Source of the DNA: Phoronis australis
Taxonomy: Eukaryota; Animalia; Phoronida
NCBI GenBank assembly: GCA_002633005.1
Contig: NMRA01000200.1
Coordinates: forward strand, 344,527-408,526
Direction of reading: 5' to 3'
Length of the DNA stretch: 64,000 nucleotides
The position numbers and the translations under genes are program-made. Of this stretch, positions 63,093 to 64,000 are shown piece by piece. Numbering within the stretch: the first letter of the stretch is position 1; the number at the start of each line of letters is the position of its first letter. The notes beneath the pieces are model-generated. The model did no database searches. It saw only the letters and a list, made by a program, of their open reading frames with translations, and was not told the origin of the DNA.

Positions 63093-63290
63093 CAGTGGCA
63101 GATCTACGTTTTGAGTAAGGGGGAGGTTAGGATTCGAGCGAATCCGAGGCGCGTAGCGCCGAGCGGAAGGAAGGTCGGGAGTCGGGGTTCCCCCCTCACG
63201 TGTAAGATTTTTTGTGGTTTTTAGTAGCTGATTTCGTTTTTCTGGCGATTTTATTTTCAATTTTTTAACCCCCCTGTAGATCCGCCTTTG
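63093..63290. mobile_element. MITE with CAGTGGC.GATC termini and 5-bp TSD
   Basis: GTAAA|CAGTGGCAGATCTAC ... GTAGATCCGCCTTTG|GTAAA. Same terminal type as 39341-39642; a degenerate relative lies at about 60303-60531. Confidence 0.8.
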
Positions 63291-64000
63291 GTAAAGCTCA
63301 TCATCATGAAGAAAATACGACATCGATCAAGCTACTGATAAGAGCACTGGCGTTTTAGAGCCGAGGGTTAGGTGCCAACCATTCTCACTTATTTGTGTTG
63401 GCATTATTAAAATGCCGTTTTTAAGAAAGTCGCATCCTCCTCCACTCATCTTACCTTGTCCTTCGTGATTGTGCAGTCGTTCACTAGAGCTAAATATTCT
63501 CAACCAGAGTCCTAACTAGCTGCCACTCCCTTGCATGGCAGTTTTATAATAGCCCCGATGTCCCAGGTTAAGTTGATTTTAGCATGGACGTCTGTCAACA
63601 ACTGGCATTCAAGTGGAGAAGTTTTCGATTACACTGGTCAATGCTGAGATTCTCTTTGCCGGCGTTTGCCCCATAGACAACTTTTATAATGCCTATTCAG
63701 TACGTCTTTGTATTAAAGGTAATCAAATGGAAAGTTTCACTACTTTCTCAACAGTGGTGGCTGTTATTACACCGAAATTATTTATTTTTCCTAACATTTA
63801 CTCTGAGCTACAGCCTGAAATGTCGAAAGTACGCGCTTGATGACATTTTAGATATTACGAAATAAGTAAAACGGTAACTTGGGTTTCGTCTTGACAAGGG
63901 CTATTTCCCTAATGATCGTTGGTTTTAAAGGTGCTTCATACTGTTTTCGCCATTTTATTTTTAATATTCAAGTCTACTTTAATTGTTTTGTTTCCTGACA

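Noticed and set aside
63455-63840. Candidate upstream exon of the SLC7A4-like gene (minus-strand AG|GTAAGA donor at 63455/63454)
   Set aside because: Only a donor-like word, with no convincing reading frame or transcript evidence linking it to the gene.

Overview
Eukaryotic (metazoan invertebrate, taxon not determinable from sequence alone) genomic DNA, AT-rich, with GT-AG introns. Four genes were reconstructed by hand with phase-consistent exons. (1) AGPAT3/4-like lysophospholipid acyltransferase (+, 8 coding exons, 3409-11542, 383 aa). (2) Olig-family bHLH factor with an uninterrupted CDS (-, 15995-16618, 207 aa). (3) CTU1/NCS6 cytoplasmic tRNA 2-thiolase (+, 13 coding exons, 23521-49714, 349 aa, 11.6-kb first intron). 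(4) SLC7A4/CAT-like amino-acid transporter (-, 3 coding exons, 51843-56438, 625 aa). Introns and intergenic DNA hold many non-autonomous DNA transposons (TA, 3-, 5- and 6-bp TSD classes), foldback elements, a Helentron-associated (HINE-like) element with a CTCF-motif-rich higher-order repeat, LINE fragments, SINE heads and minisatellites. I cannot demonstrate a wholly new biological system. The best leads are: a triplicated CTU1 exon with mutually-exclusive-exon geometry; AGPAT-Olig adjacency that mirrors two human paralogous linkages; a transporter with altered substrate-site motifs; a mobile CTCF-motif array; and a modular, rearranging foldback repeat family.
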